Source: a virus
Lineage: Duplodnaviria; Heunggongvirae; Uroviricota; Caudoviricetes
Virus record (IMG/VR): IMGVR_UViG_2718218453_000005
DNA length: 48,452 nt
Strand: one strand, 5' to 3'
Shown here: positions 40,767 through 48,452 of the stretch, piece by piece
How positions within the stretch are numbered: position 1 is the first letter of the stretch
How the letters are laid out: every line of letters begins with the position of its first letter
Notes under the pieces: model-generated
What the model was told of the DNA's origin: nothing
Seen by the model: the letters and a program-made list of their open reading frames with translations, nothing else
Databases searched by the model: none
Position numbers and translations under genes: made by a program

Positions 40767-40997
40767 ACGCTCTCAAATGTACCTTTTGCAACATCGTATT
40801 GACTCGAAAGGTAACTCTTGTTACCTTAACGGCATACCAACCCACCCCACCCCACAGAATGCAGGGCAATACTTCGAGTTACCAGGCAGTGGTCAGGGGT
40901 TAAGTAGCCAGCCCGAGGCGTATGAACATGACGGCGGGATTCAAATTTTGCAGTGCAGCAGTTAGTTCCGCCACCCGGCGTTAAAGGGAGAGATAAG

Positions 40998-41132
40998 ATG
41001 GTGCATTACGAAGTAGTTCAATATTTGATGGATTGTTGCAGTATCACTTACAGCCAGGCTGTGCAGGCTTTACGCAGCAACGACTGGGATCTCTGGCAGG
41101 CAGAAGCCTCTATCCGCAACAACAAGATGTGA
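40998..41132 (+). CDS. ydaG: YdaG-like small protein (44 aa)
   Basis: my translation MVHYEVVQYLMDCCSITYSQAVQALRSNDWDLWQAEASIRNNKM; AGGGAGAG SD; below ORF-track cutoff. Confidence 0.6.
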   Translation: MVHYEVVQYLMDCCSITYSQAVQALRSNDWDLWQAEASIRNNKM

Positions 41133-41142
41133 GGTGCGAAAA

Positions 41143-41298
41143 ATGCAAAAAATCGACCTCGGCAACAACGAATCCCTGGTGTGCGGCGTGTTCCCCAACC
41201 AGGATGGAACGTTCACTGCCATGACGTATACCAAAAGCAAAACATTTAAAACCGAAACTGGTGCGCGCCGATGGTTGGAGAAGCACACAGTAAGCTAA
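41143..41298 (+). CDS. ydaF: YdaF-like small protein (51 aa)
   Basis: my translation MQKIDLGNNESLVCGVFPNQDGTFTAMTYTKSKTFKTETGARRWLEKHTVS; 3' end overlaps sieB stop convergently. Confidence 0.6.
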   Translation: MQKIDLGNNESLVCGVFPNQDGTFTAMTYTKSKTFKTETGARRWLEKHTVS

Positions 41299-41783
41299 CG
41301 ATTAAAACGTCTACTCCTGCTGTTCCAGAATAACTTCATAAAATGGGAGTATTTTTCGGTGACGAGATAATAAGAACAGTTTGCGCTATCACTCTGATGT
41401 TGAATGATGCCCTTCCGTTCTAATTTTTTCATAACCGGGTTACGGCAAGGAGAAGTGATAATAAGATTTCCTGTTTTAAGGAAATCTTTAAATACAGCGA
41501 TTTCTTTCTCAGATAAACGAAGCAATACTCGTTGCTCTGGTAGTAATGAATAATGCTTTTGAATATGTGCTCGCAATCTTGAGAAGGAAATGGCGACCAC
41601 GAAAGAAAAGGCAAAAACGATAATCTGAAAGAGCCAAGGTATTTCAGTATAAGCATTGAATGCGACAGTAAACTCTTTCGGTATCAGCCAGAGAGTGAGA
41701 CCAAAAATGATAATCGTATACATAAGTCTTTCGAGTGGCTCGTTAGCAAAAAGTTTCAACAATGGAGTAAATACATCCAACAT
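41295..41783 (-). CDS. sieB: superinfection exclusion protein B
   Basis: 162 aa from ATG at MLDVFTPLLKLFANEPLE...; two N-terminal TM helices; matches Rac/lambda SieB as recalled. Confidence 0.85.
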   Translation of the reverse strand: MLDVFTPLLKLFANEPLERLMYTIIIFGLTLWLIPKEFTVAFNAYTEIPWLFQIIVFAFSFVVAISFSRLRAHIQKHYSLLPEQRVLLRLSEKEIAVFKDFLKTGNLIITSPCRNPVMKKLERKGIIQHQSDSANCSYYLVTEKYSHFMKLFWNSRSRRFNR

Positions 41784-42001
41784 ATCAATAACTCTCAACT
41801 GTAAGGGTATTGAAATGTTAACACAAGCTCTCGCTGTAGGGGTATAGCCGAGACCACCGAAGCCCGGAGGTGGTGAAATAAAACCGGGCACAACACGAAG
41901 GCGCATTTCCGATATCCATAAAGAGTCGGTCTTGTCTGTTAAATTTAAATGGTGGGAGTGCGCCTCCGGTTGTAAATAACGACATTGCTGTGTGTAGTCC
42001 T

Positions 42002-42050
42002 GGCGGCATCAGTTTTTTCTTGAAGTTCGGCTGATGTCCGCCCTTTTTTA
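42002..42050 (+). terminator. terminator-like hairpin upstream of kilR (tL-like)
   Basis: GGCGGCATCAG...CTGATGTCCGCC stem with long loop followed by CTTTTTTAA. Confidence 0.4.
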
Positions 42051-42223
42051 AGTGAATTTTGTGATGCGGTGAATGCGGCTAAGCGCACGTGGCACAGTTA
42101 AAAGTCATGTTAGTCCTTATTGGTTTGGGTGGGAAAGCCGACTGTAATTGTTAACTGGTTGCAGTCACCTGGAGGCACCAGGTACCGCATCAACAAAGTT
42201 CATTTGTAAAAATGGAGATAATT

Positions 42224-42445
42224 ATGATTGCACATCACTTCGGAACTGATGAAATACCACGTCAGTGTGTGACTCCTGGCGATTATGTTCTTCATGAAGG
42301 CCGGACATATATTGCCTCGGCAAACAATATTAAAAAGCGAAAACTATATATTCGTAACCTGACCACAAAAACATGCATTACTGACCGCATGATTAAAGTC
42401 TTCCTCGGTCGTGATGGTTTACCTGTAAAGGCGGAGTCATGGTGA
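42224..42445 (+). CDS. kilR: FtsZ inhibitor KilR
   Basis: 73 aa from [38 protein letters not shown]...; GGAG SD; matches K-12 KilR as recalled. Confidence 0.85.
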   Translation: MIAHHFGTDEIPRQCVTPGDYVLHEGRTYIASANNIKKRKLYIRNLTTKTCITDRMIKVFLGRDGLPVKAESW

Positions 42446-42615
42446 TGACTAAGAAAATAAAATGTGCTTACCACCTTTGCAAAAAAGACGTTGAAGAAAG
42501 CAAAGCTATTGAAAGAATGCTTCACTTCATGCACGGGATTTTATCAAAAGACGAACCGAGAAAATATTGCAGTGAATCTTGTGCCGAAAAAGACCAGATG
42601 GCACATGAACTTTAA
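42445..42615 (+). CDS. ydaE: YdaE-like small Cys-rich protein
   Basis: 56 aa [14 protein letters not shown]...CSESCAEKDQMAHEL; ATG overlaps kilR stop (TGATG). Confidence 0.7.
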   Translation: MTKKIKCAYHLCKKDVEESKAIERMLHFMHGILSKDEPRKYCSESCAEKDQMAHEL

Positions 42616-42689
42616 TTAATTGACTATTCGAAACTGAATTTATGCCAGAAATGGCAGGTATTCGCTCAACCTTAATTAAGGAGAAAAAC

Positions 42690-42935
42690 ATGATTACCAA
42701 TTATGAAGCCACTGTTGTAACTACCGATGACATTGTTCACGAGGTGAATCTGGAAGGAAAGCGCATTGGCTACGTAATTAAAACAGAAAATAAAGAAACC
42801 CCATTCACTGTGGTTGATATCGATGGTCCATCAGGCAACGTAAAAACACTTGATGAAGGTGTCAAAAAAATGTGCCTGGTGCATATCGGAAAGAATCTGC
42901 CCGCAGAAAAAAAGCCGAATTTCTGGCAACTCTAA
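42690..42935 (+). CDS. racC: RacC-like protein
   Basis: trimmed to ATG (MITNYEATVV...) with AAGGAG SD 7 nt upstream; ORF-track start 42642 possible alternative. Confidence 0.7.
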   Translation: MITNYEATVVTTDDIVHEVNLEGKRIGYVIKTENKETPFTVVDIDGPSGNVKTLDEGVKKMCLVHIGKNLPAEKKPNFWQL

Positions 42936-43065
42936 TTGCAATGAAATTAAAAGGTGAAATCTGAAAGAAATAGCCTGCGTATGGCGCAGGCTATGAACAG
43001 TGTGTATCCGGCAAGATCATTCACTGAACAAAACGAATTTTAATCTGAGTTGAGGTTAAAAAACA

Positions 43066-45666
43066 ATGAGCACAAAACCACTCTTCCTGTTACGGAAAGC
43101 GAAAAAATCATCCGGTGAACCTGACGTCGTCCTGTGGGCAAGCAACGATTTTGAATCGACCTGTGCCACTCTGGACTACCTGATCGTTAAGTCAGGTAAA
43201 AAACTGAGCAGCTATTTTAAAGCTGTTGCCACGAATTTTCCTGTCGTTAATGACCTGCCCGCTGAAGGTGAGATCGATTTTACCTGGAGTGAACGCTATC
43301 AACTCAGCAAAGACTCCATGACATGGGAACTAAAACCGGGAGCAGCACCAGACAACGCTCACTATCAAGGCAATACCAACGTCAACGGCGAAGACATGAC
43401 TGAGATTGAGGAGAATATGCTACTCCCAATTTCTGGCCAGGAACTGCCCATTCGTTGGCTTGCTCAACACGGCAGCGAAAAACCGGTAACGCACGTTTCA
43501 CGCGACGGACTCCAGGCATTACACATTGCTCGGGCTGAAGAACTACCGGCTGTTACTGCCCTGGCTGTTTCCCACAAAACCAGCCTGCTCGACCCGCTGG
43601 AAATTCGCGAACTCCACAAACTGGTTCGTGACACTGACAAAGTTTTCCCTAATCCTGGTAATTCAAACCTGGGACTGATAACTGCTTTTTTCGAAGCATA
43701 CCTGAACGCTGACTACACCGATCGAGGACTGCTGACAAAAGAGTGGATGAAGGGTAATCGTGTTTCACACATCACTCGCACGGCTTCCGGTGCTAATGCT
43801 GGCGGCGGAAACCTCACCGATCGCGGCGAAGGTTTCGTACACGATCTGACGTCACTGGCGCGCGACGTAGCCACTGGCGTACTGGCCCGTTCAATGGATC
43901 TGGACATCTATAACCTTCATCCGGCACACGCTAAACGCATTGAGGAAATTATCGCTGAAAATAAACCGCCCTTTTCTGTTTTCCGCGACAAATTCATCAC
44001 CATGCCTGGCGGGCTGGATTATTCCCGCGCCATCGTGGTTGCGTCCGTAAAAGAAGCACCAATTGGGATCGAGGTCATCCCCGCGCACGTCACTGAATAT
44101 CTGAACAAAGTACTGACTGAAACCGATCATGCCAACCCTGATCCGGAAATCGTGGATATTGCCTGCGGTCGCTCCTCTGCCCCGATGCCGCAGCGAGTAA
44201 CAGAAGAAGGAAAACAGGATGATGAAGAAAAACCGCAACCATCTGGAACAACGGCAGTTGAACAGGGAGAGGCTGAAACAATGGAACCGGACGCAACTGA
44301 ACATCATCAGGACACGCAGCCGCTGGATGCTCAGTCACAGGTAAATTCTGTTGATGCGAAATATCAGGAACTGCGGGCAGAACTCCATGAAGCCCGGAAA
44401 AACATTCCATCAAAAGATCCTGTCGATGCCGATAAATTGCTTGCTGCATCACGTGGTGAATTTGTTGACGGAATTAGCGACCCGAACGATCCGAAATGGG
44501 TAAAGGGGATCCAGACTCGCGATTGTGTGTACCAGAACCAGCCAGAAACGGAAAAAACCAGCCCGGATATGAATCAACCTGAGCCAGTAGTGCAACAGGA
44601 ACCGGAAATAGCCTGCAATGCCTGCGGCCAGACTGGCGGGGATAACTGCCCTGACTGTGGTGCGGTGATGGGCGACGCAACATACCAGGAAACATTCGAT
44701 GAAGAGAGTCAGGTTGAAGCTAAGGAAAATGATCCGGAGGAAATGGAAGGCGCTGAACATCCGCACAATGAGAATGCTGGCAGCGATCCGCATCGCGATT
44801 GCAGTGATGAAACTGGCGAAGTCGCAGATCCCGTAATCGTAGAAGACATAGAGCCAGGTATTTATTACGGAATTTCGAATGAGAATTACCACGCGGGTCC
44901 CGGTGTCAGTAAGTCTCAGCTCGATGACATTGCTGATACTCCGGCACTATATTTGTGGCGTAAAAATGCCCCCGTGGACACCACAAAGACAAAAACGCTC
45001 GATTTAGGAACCGCTTTCCACTGCCGGGTACTTGAACCGGAAGAATTCAGTAACCGCTTTATCGTAGCACCTGAATTTAACCGCCGTACAAACGCCGGAA
45101 AAGAAGAAGAGAAAGCGTTTCTGATGGAATGCGCAAGCACAGGAAAAACAGTTATCACTGCGGAAGAAGGCCGGAAAATTGAACTCATGTATCAAAGCGT
45201 TATGGCTTTGCCGCTGGGGCAATGGCTTGTTGAAAGCGCCGGACACGCTGAATCATCAATTTACTGGGAAGATCCTGAAACAGGAATTTTGTGTCGGTGC
45301 CGTCCGGACAAAATTATCCCTGAATTTCACTGGATCATGGACGTGAAAACTACGGCGGATATTCAACGATTCAAAACCGCTTATTACGACTACCGCTATC
45401 ACGTTCAGGATGCATTCTACAGTGACGGTTATGAAGCACAGTTTGGAGTGCAGCCAACTTTCGTTTTTCTGGTTGCCAGCACAACTATTGAATGCGGACG
45501 TTATCCGGTTGAAATTTTCATGATGGGCGAAGAAGCAAAACTGGCAGGTCAACAGGAATATCACCGCAATCTGCGAACCCTGTCTGACTGCCTGAATACC
45601 GATGAATGGCCAGCTATTAAGACATTATCACTGCCCCGCTGGGCTAAGGAATATGCAAATGACTAA
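43066..45666 (+). CDS. recE: exodeoxyribonuclease VIII (RecE)
   Basis: 866 aa; long acidic N-terminal region and C-terminal nuclease domain; matches Rac RecE as recalled; followed by overlapping recT. Confidence 0.95.
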   Translation: MSTKPLFLLRKAKKSSGEPDVVLWASNDFESTCATLDYLIVKSGKKLSSYFKAVATNFPVVNDLPAEGEIDFTWSERYQLSKDSMTWELKPGAAPDNAHYQGNTNVNGEDMTEIEENMLLPISGQELPIRWLAQHGSEKPVTHVSRDGLQALHIARAEELPAVTALAVSHKTSLLDPLEIRELHKLVRDTDKVFPNPGNSNLGLITAFFEAYLNADYTDRGLLTKEWMKGNRVSHITRTASGANAGGGNLTDRGEGFVHDLTSLARDVATGVLARSMDLDIYNLHPAHAKRIEEIIAENKPPFSVFRDKFITMPGGLDYSRAIVVASVKEAPIGIEVIPAHVTEYLNKVLTETDHANPDPEIVDIACGRSSAPMPQRVTEEGKQDDEEKPQPSGTTAVEQGEAETMEPDATEHHQDTQPLDAQSQVNSVDAKYQELRAELHEARKNIPSKDPVDADKLLAASRGEFVDGISDPNDPKWVKGIQTRDCVYQNQPETEKTSPDMNQPEPVVQQEPEIACNACGQTGGDNCPDCGAVMGDATYQETFDEESQVEAKENDPEEMEGAEHPHNENAGSDPHRDCSDETGEVADPVIVEDIEPGIYYGISNENYHAGPGVSKSQLDDIADTPALYLWRKNAPVDTTKTKTLDLGTAFHCRVLEPEEFSNRFIVAPEFNRRTNAGKEEEKAFLMECASTGKTVITAEEGRKIELMYQSVMALPLGQWLVESAGHAESSIYWEDPETGILCRCRPDKIIPEFHWIMDVKTTADIQRFKTAYYDYRYHVQDAFYSDGYEAQFGVQPTFVFLVASTTIECGRYPVEIFMMGEEAKLAGQQEYHRNLRTLSDCLNTDEWPAIKTLSLPRWAKEYAND

Positions 45667-46468
45667 GCAACCACCAATCGCAAAAGCCGATCTGCAAAAA
45701 ACTCAGGGAAACCGTGCACCAGCAGCAGTTAAAAATAGCGACGTGATTAGTTTTATTAACCAGCCATCAATGAAAGAGCAACTGGCAGCAGCTCTTCCAC
45801 GCCATATGACGGCTGAACGTATGATCCGTATCGCCACCACAGAAATTCGTAAAGTTCCGGCGTTAGGAAACTGTGACACTATGAGTTTTGTCAGTGCGAT
45901 CGTACAGTGTTCACAGCTCGGACTTGAGCCAGGTAGCGCCCTCGGTCATGCATATTTACTGCCTTTTGGTAATAAAAACGAAAAGAGCGGTAAAAAGAAC
46001 GTTCAGCTAATCATTGGCTATCGCGGCATGATTGATCTGGCTCGCCGTTCTGGTCAAATCGCCAGCCTGTCAGCCCGTGTTGTCCGTGAAGGTGACGAGT
46101 TTAGCTTCGAATTTGGCCTTGATGAAAAGTTAATACACCGCCCGGGAGAAAACGAAGATGCCCCGGTTACCCACGTCTATGCTGTCGCAAGACTGAAAGA
46201 CGGAGGTACTCAGTTTGAAGTTATGACGCGCAAACAGATTGAGCTGGTGCGCAGCCTGAGTAAAGCTGGTAATAACGGGCCGTGGGTAACTCACTGGGAA
46301 GAAATGGCAAAGAAAACGGCTATTCGTCGCCTGTTCAAATATCTGCCCGTATCAATTGAGATCCAGCGTGCAGTATCAATGGATGAAAAGGAACCACTGA
46401 CAATCGATCCTGCAGATTCCTCTGTATTAACCGGGGAATACAGTGTAATCGATAATTCAGAGGAATAA
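45659..46468 (+). CDS. recT: recombinase RecT (single-strand annealing protein)
   Basis: 269 aa from [19 protein letters not shown]...; 8-nt overlap with recE stop. Confidence 0.95.
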   Translation: MTKQPPIAKADLQKTQGNRAPAAVKNSDVISFINQPSMKEQLAAALPRHMTAERMIRIATTEIRKVPALGNCDTMSFVSAIVQCSQLGLEPGSALGHAYLLPFGNKNEKSGKKNVQLIIGYRGMIDLARRSGQIASLSARVVREGDEFSFEFGLDEKLIHRPGENEDAPVTHVYAVARLKDGGTQFEVMTRKQIELVRSLSKAGNNGPWVTHWEEMAKKTAIRRLFKYLPVSIEIQRAVSMDEKEPLTIDPADSSVLTGEYSVIDNSEE

Positions 46469-46524
46469 TTCAGCCTGGCGGTGTAATGCACCGCCAACTT
46501 GAAATATTTTTTATGAGAAAAATT

Positions 46525-46719
46525 ATGAGATATGACAATGTTAAACCATGTCCATTTTGTGGTTGTCCATCAGTAACGGTGAAAGTCATTTCAGGATATT
46601 ACCGAGCGAAGTGTAACGGATGCGAATCCCGAACCGGTTATGGTGGAAGTGAAAAAGAAGCACTCGAAAGATGGAATAAACGAACCACTGGAAATAATAA
46701 CGGAGGTGTTCATGTATAA
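46525..46719 (+). CDS. ralR: restriction alleviation protein RalR / Lar
   Basis: 64 aa from ATG MRYDNVKPCPFCGCPSVTVK...; two CxxC pairs; matches Rac RalR as recalled. Confidence 0.85.
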   Translation: MRYDNVKPCPFCGCPSVTVKVISGYYRAKCNGCESRTGYGGSEKEALERWNKRTTGNNNGGVHV

Positions 46720-46900
46720 AATTACCGCCACTATTGAAAAGGAAGGTGGCACTCCTACTAACTGGACAAGATATTCAAAATCTAAACTAACGAAATCAGA
46801 ATGCGAAAAAATGCTCTCAGGTAAAAAAGAAGCAGGCGTTTCCAGAGAGCAGAAAGTAAAACTGATAAATTTTAATTGCGAGAAACTTCAGTCCTCGTGA
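46712..46900 (+). CDS. ydaC: YdaC-like protein
   Basis: 62 aa from ATG MYKITATIEKEGGTPTNWTRYSK...; overlaps ralR stop. Confidence 0.75.
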   Translation: MYKITATIEKEGGTPTNWTRYSKSKLTKSECEKMLSGKKEAGVSREQKVKLINFNCEKLQSS

Positions 46901-46999
46901 ATTGCATTGTATTCAAATTAAAACTTCATAGCTGATTATTAATAATCAACATCGGGCGTCAATTTCAGTCTAACATTGGCGCCTGCCAGAGGTGATGCG

Positions 47000-47215
47000 A
47001 TGGCACAAGTAATCTTTAATGAAGAGTGGATGGTTGAATACGGCCTGATGCTTCGCACTGGTCTGGGGGCCAGACAAATTGAAGCATACCGCCAGAACTG
47101 TTGGGTGGAGGGCTTCCACTTCAAACGAGTATCTCCTTTAGGTAAGCCAGACAGCAAACGAGGGATTATCTGGTACAACTATCCAAAGATAAATCAGTTT
47201 ATCAAAGACTCATGA
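47000..47215 (+). CDS. xis: excisionase
   Basis: 71 aa from [36 protein letters not shown]...; immediately upstream of int (stop 1 nt before int ATG). Confidence 0.8.
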   Translation: MAQVIFNEEWMVEYGLMLRTGLGARQIEAYRQNCWVEGFHFKRVSPLGKPDSKRGIIWYNYPKINQFIKDS

Positions 47216-47216
47216 T

Positions 47217-48452
47217 ATGTCTAAATTACCAACAGGTGTCGAGATTAGAGGTAGATACATTCGCATCTGGTTCATGTTTCGAGGAAAACGATGTCGGGAA
47301 ACATTAAAAGGCTGGGAGATTACAAACAGTAATATTAAAAAGGCCGGAAATTTAAGAGCGCTGATAGTTCATGAAATAAACTCCGGTGAATTTGAGTATT
47401 TAAGACGTTTTCCCCAGTCCAGCACTGGGGCAAAAATGGTGACAACGAGAGTCATAAAAACGTTCGGAGAGCTTTGTGATATCTGGACAAAAATTAAAGA
47501 GACAGAGTTAACAACAAACACAATGAAGAAAACGAAATCACAATTAAAAACACTCAGAATAATAATTTGTGAAAGTACCCTGATATCACATATTCGTTAT
47601 AGCGATATCTTAAACTACCGGAATGAACTGCTGCATGGAGAAACGCTTTACCTGGATAATCCAAGATCCAACAAAAAAGGAAGAACCGTGCGCACAGTTG
47701 ATAACTATATCGCCCTGCTCTGTTCGCTGTTACGTTTTGCGTATCAGTCGGGATTTATATCAACCAAACCATTTGAAGGAGTAAAAAAATTACAGCGAAA
47801 CAGAATAAAGCCTGATCCGTTATCTAAAACAGAATTCAATGCATTAATGGAAAGTGAAAAAGGACAGAGCCAGAACATGTGGAAATTTGCAGTTTACTCA
47901 GGACTTCGTCACGGGGAACTGGCAGCTCTGGCGTGGGAGGATGTGGATCTCGAAAAGGGAATAGTGAATGTCAGAAGAAACCTGACGATACTTGATATGT
48001 TCGGTCCCCCAAAAACAAATGCCGGGATCCGGACAGTAACACTACTGCAGCCTGCTCTTGAAGCACTGAAGGAGCAATACAAACTGACCGGGCATCATCG
48101 CAAAAGCGAAATCACCTTTTATCATCGGGAGTACGGCAGAACCGAAAAGCAAAAACTGCATTTTGTTTTCATGCCCAGGGTGTGTAACGGAAAACAAAAA
48201 CCTTATTACTCGGTAAGCAGTTTGGGGGCAAGGTGGAATGCAGCAGTAAAACGTGCTGGTATTCGCCGCCGTAATCCGTACCATACGCGGCATACTTTTG
48301 CCTGCTGGCTGTTGACGGCAGGAGCGAACCCGGCATTTATAGCCAGCCAAATGGGGCATGAAACTGCGCAGATGGTGTATGAAATTTACGGTATGTGGAT
48401 TGATGACATGAACGACGAACAGATAGCCATGTTGAATGCGCGGTTATCATAG
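47217..48452 (+). CDS. int: tyrosine site-specific integrase
   Basis: 411 aa; C-terminal catalytic region with R...HTRHT...Y pattern (NPYHTRHTFACWLL, MGHETAQMVYEIY); ends at last base of window. Confidence 0.95.
   Translation: MSKLPTGVEIRGRYIRIWFMFRGKRCRETLKGWEITNSNIKKAGNLRALIVHEINSGEFEYLRRFPQSSTGAKMVTTRVIKTFGELCDIWTKIKETELTTNTMKKTKSQLKTLRIIICESTLISHIRYSDILNYRNELLHGETLYLDNPRSNKKGRTVRTVDNYIALLCSLLRFAYQSGFISTKPFEGVKKLQRNRIKPDPLSKTEFNALMESEKGQSQNMWKFAVYSGLRHGELAALAWEDVDLEKGIVNVRRNLTILDMFGPPKTNAGIRTVTLLQPALEALKEQYKLTGHHRKSEITFYHREYGRTEKQKLHFVFMPRVCNGKQKPYYSVSSLGARWNAAVKRAGIRRRNPYHTRHTFACWLLTAGANPAFIASQMGHETAQMVYEIYGMWIDDMNDEQIAMLNARLS

Noticed and set aside
41033-41224. 63-aa plus-strand ORF
   Set aside because: Alternative frame spanning ydaG and ydaF, which have their own SD sequences and recognisable products.
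43713-45564. Several minus-strand ORFs (64 to 147 aa)
   Set aside because: All antisense inside recE, whose identity is unambiguous.

Overview
This window reads as an apparently intact Rac-like lambdoid prophage of Escherichia coli. Gene names come from recalled similarity to lambda and K-12 Rac proteins; no database search was possible. Coordinates of features I derived myself (terminators, repeats, small ORFs) may be off by 1-2 nt. Minus strand, right to left (about 30.7 kb to 0.4 kb): a Q-like antiterminator, a lysis cassette (holin, lambda-R-type endolysin, Rz/Rz1), a trkG moron, a ParB-like plus DxD-motif gene pair, packaging and head genes (TerS, TerL, portal, MuF-like, scaffold, major capsid, connectors), and a lambda-type tail module (tail tube, G/GT with a -1 frameshift site, tape measure, M, L, K, I, J, lom, stf). 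Centre: immunity and replication region, with a cI-like repressor divergent from ydaS/ydaT/ydaU-like genes; the ydaU-like gene carries internal iteron arrays. Right arm (plus strand): ydaG, ydaF, sieB (minus), kilR, ydaE, racC, recE, recT, ralR, ydaC, xis and int; the window ends exactly at the int stop. Between the replication genes and the Q-like gene lies a visibly AT-rich accessory island. It holds a 1210-aa KAP/YobI-type transmembrane P-loop NTPase (my best candidate for an undescribed single-gene anti-phage defence), a hok-family toxin remnant missed by the ORF track, a YeaR-like small protein and a strongly initiated 28-codon hydrophobic ORF. Other points of note: the repressor has Ala at the S24 catalytic serine position, and several morons carry their own terminators. 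I recognised no rRNA, tRNA, CRISPR array or IS element.
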